Below are positions 59,530 to 64,000 of a stretch of 64,000 nucleotides of DNA, one piece after another. Made by a program: the position numbers and the translations under genes. Every line of letters starts with the position of its first letter. Position 1 is the stretch's first letter. Origin of the DNA: an uncultured virus (IMG/VR IMGVR_UViG_3300020451_000536) (Duplodnaviria > Heunggongvirae > Uroviricota > Caudoviricetes); IMG/VR virus record IMGVR_UViG_3300020451_000536. The stretch is one strand, 5' to 3'. The notes under the pieces are model-generated. The model was given only the letters and a program-made list of their open reading frames with translations, was not told where the DNA came from and did no database searches.

Positions 59530-60546
59530 CTAAATGATTCCGTATATTTTTACATTACCGAAAACATTATACCCAGTTGTGGTATAATCCATATTACCAC
59601 CACCGCCACCGCCACTAACTTTGATTTCAAAAGATACATCAGTAAAATTATTATTATTTTGTAATATATTATGACCTTTTTCAAAATAATCAGTATTGCT
59701 GCTTCCGTGCATTATTGTTTCAGAAATGGAGAAAGCTGGTATGTCAGTAGTTTGAAAATTATGAAACTCGCAAGTACCCATAGCTAACATATCTTCATTA
59801 TTAGAAAAGTTTTGACAAAATACTAATAAGTCATCACTATCACCATATACAACAGAATTAGTAGTTTGGTCTGCTCTAATATAATGTAGTGTATGTTTAA
59901 CAGTTGATGATGTTCCAGTTGATAATGTACCACCAGTACCTAATCTTACAATCAATCCACAGTTAGAATTATTTGCTTGACTTTCTGTTTCTTTAACTGT
60001 GTATATTGCTTTATATGTTCTATATGTGGAAGAAAAAATATTTTGAAAATGAAAAGGTTGTGCAGCTGCAGAACCAGATGCAACATCTTTTTCTTCTAAC
60101 AAAACTAATCCACCAGCTGCACCAAATTCCAATCCAGTTCCACCAGTATTAACTTTAACTGCTTGTCCAGCAGAACCTAAAGTATTAATATTAAACAATC
60201 CAATTTTATCTACAAAAGTTTCGTCAAATAATATTCTGTGATTTGCATTTGAACTAGAACCATCAGTACCATCTAAAACTAAAAAATCACCAGCATCTGC
60301 TGTTCCATTTGTAGAATTTAAAATAATAGAATCTGATGAAATATTATTTACTGCAGCTGATTGTAACTCATCACGAGTAACTGCATTAGCAGATATTTCT
60401 GTTGAACCAACTGCATCATTTGGAATTTTTGCAGAGGTGACATTATCATCTAAAATCTTTGCAGTGGTGACAGCATTATCTGCAATCTGTGTTGTTGCAA
60501 TCGTTCCAGATTGTATTGCACCTACTGGTATTTTACTTATTGGCAT
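59530..60546 (-). CDS. Tail fibre-like protein
   Basis: 10-aa repeats IADNAVTTAK/ILDDNVTSAK/IPNDAVGSTE; followed by a fibre chaperone gene. Confidence 0.78.
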   Translation of the reverse strand: MPISKIPVGAIQSGTIATTQIADNAVTTAKILDDNVTSAKIPNDAVGSTEISANAVTRDELQSAAVNNISSDSIILNSTNGTADAGDFLVLDGTDGSSSNANHRILFDETFVDKIGLFNINTLGSAGQAVKVNTGGTGLEFGAAGGLVLLEEKDVASGSAAAQPFHFQNIFSSTYRTYKAIYTVKETESQANNSNCGLIVRLGTGGTLSTGTSSTVKHTLHYIRADQTTNSVVYGDSDDLLVFCQNFSNNEDMLAMGTCEFHNFQTTDIPAFSISETIMHGSSNTDYFEKGHNILQNNNNFTDVSFEIKVSGGGGGGNMDYTTTGYNVFGNVKIYGII

Positions 60547-60714
60547 CTATGAAACCTTCTTTCCAAAATATCCAGTTGTTTCATCAATCTTTCTTGTTTC
60601 ACCTTCTTTGTTTGCATCAAAAGGTGTTTCTGGTAATTCTATGTAAGTAGAACCATCTGGTTTTTTTAATTTTGCACCACCAGTCGGTGATTGTTTTGTA
60701 ATTCTAGTTACCAT
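60547..60714 (-). CDS. Unannotated 55-aa hypothetical protein (MVTRITKQSPTGG...GKKVS)
   Basis: AAGGA SD; fills the gap exactly; TAG abuts the next ATG; GATAAATA upstream. Confidence 0.7.
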   Translation of the reverse strand: MVTRITKQSPTGGAKLKKPDGSTYIELPETPFDANKEGETRKIDETTGYFGKKVS

Positions 60715-60748
60715 CTTAATTCCTTTTATTTATTATATTTATCACAAT

Positions 60749-62314
60749 TTATTTCCATTGTAAAGACACTCCGTGTATTTTATTTGCACCTTCAAGAGAT
60801 GAACCAACAATTTTCCAACGAAGTCTAACTTGTGGTGATGCACTTCCAGTCAATGGAGTAGAACCACTGAAAATTTTAATTCCACTAGAACCAGCAGAAT
60901 ATCCTTCATCTGTTAATGTAACAGAATTAAATGTTGTATTATCTCTAGTTACACTTGCACTAATCTCTGAATTTATATCATCACCTAATTCTGCAAAAAT
61001 TACAATCCGTGCTGTACTTGGTGCTGTATTTGCAGTAAATGTGTCTGATATTAATGTCATACTTGAACTTGAAACTTGTTGTTGTGATGCAGATACGATA
61101 ACAATTCCAGAACCACCAGTACCACCAGTGCCTGGGGGCCCACCGCCTGTACCACCATTACCAGTATTTGCAGATGCATCTGCACCAGCACCACTAACAC
61201 CTTCTGGGCCACTATTACCACCAGTTGCATAAGTTACTGGACTAGAACCATCTGCAATAGTATATGCAAGACCAACACCGCCTGGATTTAATGAATTTTG
61301 TGGTTCAGTTGGTAAGTTATCATTACCTATTGCACCAGCTCCTCCACCGCCTCCACCGTCTCTGTGTCCATCTGGTGGAGTTTGTGGTGTTGCTTGTGAA
61401 CCAGCACCACCTCTGTTTCCAAAACCACCAGGCGAGTTTACTGGTAATACACTTGGTGATAACCCAGTTGGGTGATTTGAAACTTGTGTACTTGTTCCAA
61501 TGTAATGTGGGCCTTGAGGTGACGGAGTAGTTGGTAAACCAGTTGCTGGTAAGGGTAATGCATCTGAACCAAATTTTTCACCAACTGGTTGATATGCTGG
61601 AACAACACCCATATCTGGAACTTTACCACCAATACCACCACCAGAACCACCAGGCCTTCCTAAAAAATGACTTTGTGGAAAACCTTGTGAATCTCCACCT
61701 TTACCTCCACCTTCACCTACCAAGGGTAAAGGACTTGGGTGATTAAAACTTGAGTCTGCACCATTGTAACCAAATGTTGGGTGAGGGCCACCAGGCGCAG
61801 GCGTTTCTCCCATACCAGCACCAACAACATATGCATAACTATTACCACCAGTAACTGGATAATTTGGATAATAAATTAAACCACCAGCTCCACCTCCACC
61901 AGTTCCATCTGATGCACTTCCACCTCCAGCACCCCCACCACCTACAATGAGAACATTAACATTTGTAGTTGTTGGTTCTGCTGTATAGTTTCCACTACCA
62001 GAAGTATAAGAAGTTATTTCGGTTGTATTAGGAACAGGCCCTGCTGATTTATTTTCAAAGAAATCTGAAGTTGCATCATATATTGCGTTTGAATTTTCAG
62101 CAGTATCTACACCAGTATTGTCGTGAAATTCGTCTACTACACCATCTATTAAATTGAACACAGTCAAACCATCATTAACTGCGACTTTGAAACCTAATAC
62201 ACCAATGTTAAATGCATTACTATCTATTGTACCAGATGGATTTAAACTTGTTTGTAATTTTGCTTCAGTGATATCACCATCTTTGATATTAATACCATCA
62301 ACTCTTGTTGTCAT
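60749..62314 (-). CDS. Gly/Pro-rich modular virion protein, paralog 2 of 7
   Basis: Family N/C modules. Confidence 0.85.
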   Translation of the reverse strand: MTTRVDGINIKDGDITEAKLQTSLNPSGTIDSNAFNIGVLGFKVAVNDGLTVFNLIDGVVDEFHDNTGVDTAENSNAIYDATSDFFENKSAGPVPNTTEITSYTSGSGNYTAEPTTTNVNVLIVGGGGAGGGSASDGTGGGGAGGLIYYPNYPVTGGNSYAYVVGAGMGETPAPGGPHPTFGYNGADSSFNHPSPLPLVGEGGGKGGDSQGFPQSHFLGRPGGSGGGIGGKVPDMGVVPAYQPVGEKFGSDALPLPATGLPTTPSPQGPHYIGTSTQVSNHPTGLSPSVLPVNSPGGFGNRGGAGSQATPQTPPDGHRDGGGGGGAGAIGNDNLPTEPQNSLNPGGVGLAYTIADGSSPVTYATGGNSGPEGVSGAGADASANTGNGGTGGGPPGTGGTGGSGIVIVSASQQQVSSSSMTLISDTFTANTAPSTARIVIFAELGDDINSEISASVTRDNTTFNSVTLTDEGYSAGSSGIKIFSGSTPLTGSASPQVRLRWKIVGSSLEGANKIHGVSLQWK

Positions 62315-62317
62315 AAC

Positions 62318-63970
62318 TTATCCCCATTGTAATGCAACACCGTGTATTTTATTTTCAGCTGTTTGATTACTTCCAACTATTTTCCAACGAACTTGTACTT
62401 GAGGACTTGCAGTTCCAGTTAATGGAGTAGAACCAGTAAATACTTTTGTACCACTACTTCCACTTACATAACCAGTGTCTGTTAATGTGATTGCATTAAA
62501 GGTTGTGTTATCTCTCGTTGCAGAAACTGTTACATCTGTATTTAAATCATCACTTATCTCTGCAAATAAAACTATTCTTGCTTTTGTTGGTACTGAGTTT
62601 GCAGTAAATGTATCTGATATCAATGTGCTACTTGCAGATGTAGCTAAACTTTCCATTTCTAATACGACTATTTGTCCACTACCACCATCACCGCCTGGAA
62701 TATTATAATAAGAGGGGCCTGAACCACCTGGCCCACCACCGTGTGAACCACCTCCACTACCAGTGTTCACAGCACCAGCATATCCAGTATCAGCTGCTAA
62801 AGTATGTGTGTTCTGTGGATTGTGGTTTCCATCACCACCACCACCTTCACCACCTTCTGTTTCACCGCCTGGTGCATATCTACCACCAGAACCACCACCA
62901 GCAACCTTACCGTCTGGATGACCATAACCAGCAGGAAACCAATTTAATTGTGGGTTAGGAGGCCCTACTGCAATACCATCACCACCAACACCAGCATTTG
63001 CACCACTAGCAGCTGTTCCGACTGCACCAGCACCACCTCCACCTCCACCAGCATAACCTGGCCCAGAGGCATATAAAAGACCACCGTCAAATCCTTGTTG
63101 TGTGAAATCTCCAGCAGGGTGTCTATTTTCTCCAGTTTCACCTTCACCTACTGTACCATGTTCATATCCAGCACCCCCACCAGAACCACCAGGCAATCCG
63201 TCTACTAATTCTTGGCCAGGAAAATCTGGGTCAGATGCAGATGGGTCAAAAGTATATCCGTGTCCACCAGCACCACCACCTTCTGCTGTAATTGTTGGGC
63301 CGAAAGTTGAATCATTGCCTGGTCGTGAGTGTCTTCCGCCTGGATATTGAGGATTTGTTAATGAAAGAGGAAAGATAGTTGGAGCATCGCCAGGAAAATA
63401 TGGTTGTATTGCTGTTGGATAAGATGGGTGATAAGGATGAAATCTACCTTCACCACCAGCACCAACATTTACTGCAACACTAGCACCACCAGTTACTGGA
63501 ACATCAGCATCTAAAACGACACCACCAGCACCACCACCGCCGCCTCCACCAATACCCATTCCACCACCACCACCAGCACCACCACCAGCGATTGCAAAAA
63601 CTTTAACGACAGTTGTAGTTGGTTCATTTGAAAATGTACCAGGCCCAGTTGATGTTATTTGGGTTAAACCTGCTTGTGGAGATGGAATAGGATTAGGGCC
63701 ATCTAAATTTGAATAGAAATCAGAAGTTGCATCATATTGATTGGTTACATTTTCTGCTGTGTCTATACCACTTTCATTGTTAAATTCATCAACAATACCA
63801 TCAACTAAATTAAAGATTGTCAAACCTTCATTGACTGCAATCTTAAATCCTAATACACCAATATTAAAAGCATTACCATCTGTTGCACCACTTGACTTTG
63901 CAGCTGCATTTAAATCATCTGTTGTGACTGAACCATCGGTAATATTGTCACCAGTAATTTTTGTAGTCAT
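62318..63970 (-). CDS. Gly/Pro-rich modular virion protein, paralog 1 of 7
   Basis: Family N/C modules. Confidence 0.85.
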   Translation of the reverse strand: MTTKITGDNITDGSVTTDDLNAAAKSSGATDGNAFNIGVLGFKIAVNEGLTIFNLVDGIVDEFNNESGIDTAENVTNQYDATSDFYSNLDGPNPIPSPQAGLTQITSTGPGTFSNEPTTTVVKVFAIAGGGAGGGGGMGIGGGGGGGAGGVVLDADVPVTGGASVAVNVGAGGEGRFHPYHPSYPTAIQPYFPGDAPTIFPLSLTNPQYPGGRHSRPGNDSTFGPTITAEGGGAGGHGYTFDPSASDPDFPGQELVDGLPGGSGGGAGYEHGTVGEGETGENRHPAGDFTQQGFDGGLLYASGPGYAGGGGGGAGAVGTAASGANAGVGGDGIAVGPPNPQLNWFPAGYGHPDGKVAGGGSGGRYAPGGETEGGEGGGGDGNHNPQNTHTLAADTGYAGAVNTGSGGGSHGGGPGGSGPSYYNIPGGDGGSGQIVVLEMESLATSASSTLISDTFTANSVPTKARIVLFAEISDDLNTDVTVSATRDNTTFNAITLTDTGYVSGSSGTKVFTGSTPLTGTASPQVQVRWKIVGSNQTAENKIHGVALQWG

Positions 63971-64000
63971 TTAATTATCCTATACTACTAAATATCTGAC

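Larger units (their letters stand above)
33450..63870 (-). repeat. Dispersed coding repeats: about 300-nt C-module x7 and about 150-nt N-module x7
   Basis: Approximate C-modules: 33450-33760, 35240-35550, 37030-37340, 45206-45515, 46754-47070, 60749-61060, 62318-62625. Approximate N-modules: 34850-35010, 36640-36810, 38530-38690, 46450-46605, 48045-48205, 62060-62215, 63710-63870. Confidence 0.9.

Noticed and set aside
33760..63600. Collagen-like repeats or a CRISPR array in the ccacca-rich stretches
   Set aside because: The Gly runs are GGGxGG-type coding sequence, not sustained Gly-X-Y, and there is no fixed repeat-spacer periodicity.
33450..63970. Diversity-generating retroelement or invertase shufflon as the cause of cassette variation
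   Set aside because: No reverse transcriptase or site-specific recombinase in the window. All copies are co-oriented, and the differences are not adenine-specific TR/VR pairs.
860..63974. Numerous + strand ORFs and short nested - strand ORFs in the track (e.g. 860..1396, 5065..5538, 47229..47519, 55183..55680)
   Set aside because: They are antisense or alternate-frame shadows of well-supported genes. The poly-Pro/His translations simply mirror Gly codons, and they have no motifs.
63985..64000. + strand CTAAATA late-promoter-like motif at the window edge
   Set aside because: The downstream context is outside the window, so it cannot be supported.

Overview
This window is a 64 kb segment of an AT-rich T4-like myovirus genome. 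A marine alphaproteobacterial (SAR11-like) host is plausible, but that is inference. Nearly all genes are on the minus strand. Read right to left, it holds baseplate/fibre genes (gp8, a VrlC/DUF4815-like protein), neck gp13-15, terminase gp16/gp17, sheath/tube gp18/19, portal gp20, head gp21-23 and gp3. It continues with uvsY/uvsW, late sigma gp55, gp47/gp46, gp45/44/62, regA and DNA polymerase gp43. Accessory genes include pstS, hsp20, glutaredoxin, a thermonuclease, two probable DNA methyltransferases, 6-7 2OG-Fe(II) oxygenases and an envelope/lipoprotein operon. Five observations stand out. (1) Seven paralogous Gly/Pro-rich proteins have conserved N- and C-modules around variable cores; three of them sit between gp16 and gp17 and are chained by start codons hidden in their conserved C-terminal codons. 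(2) A window-wide motif rule (CCWGG and GGNCC seen only when overlapping GCC/GGC; GATC seen only where forced) hints at a DNA-modification or anti-restriction scheme. (3) hsp20 has a multi-hairpin ROSE-like RNA thermometer leader. (4) An envelope operon contains an entericidin-like gene and two unannotated hydrophobic micro-peptides. (5) Several promoters are positioned to give leaderless mRNAs. All calls are by-eye motif recognition; no searches were run.
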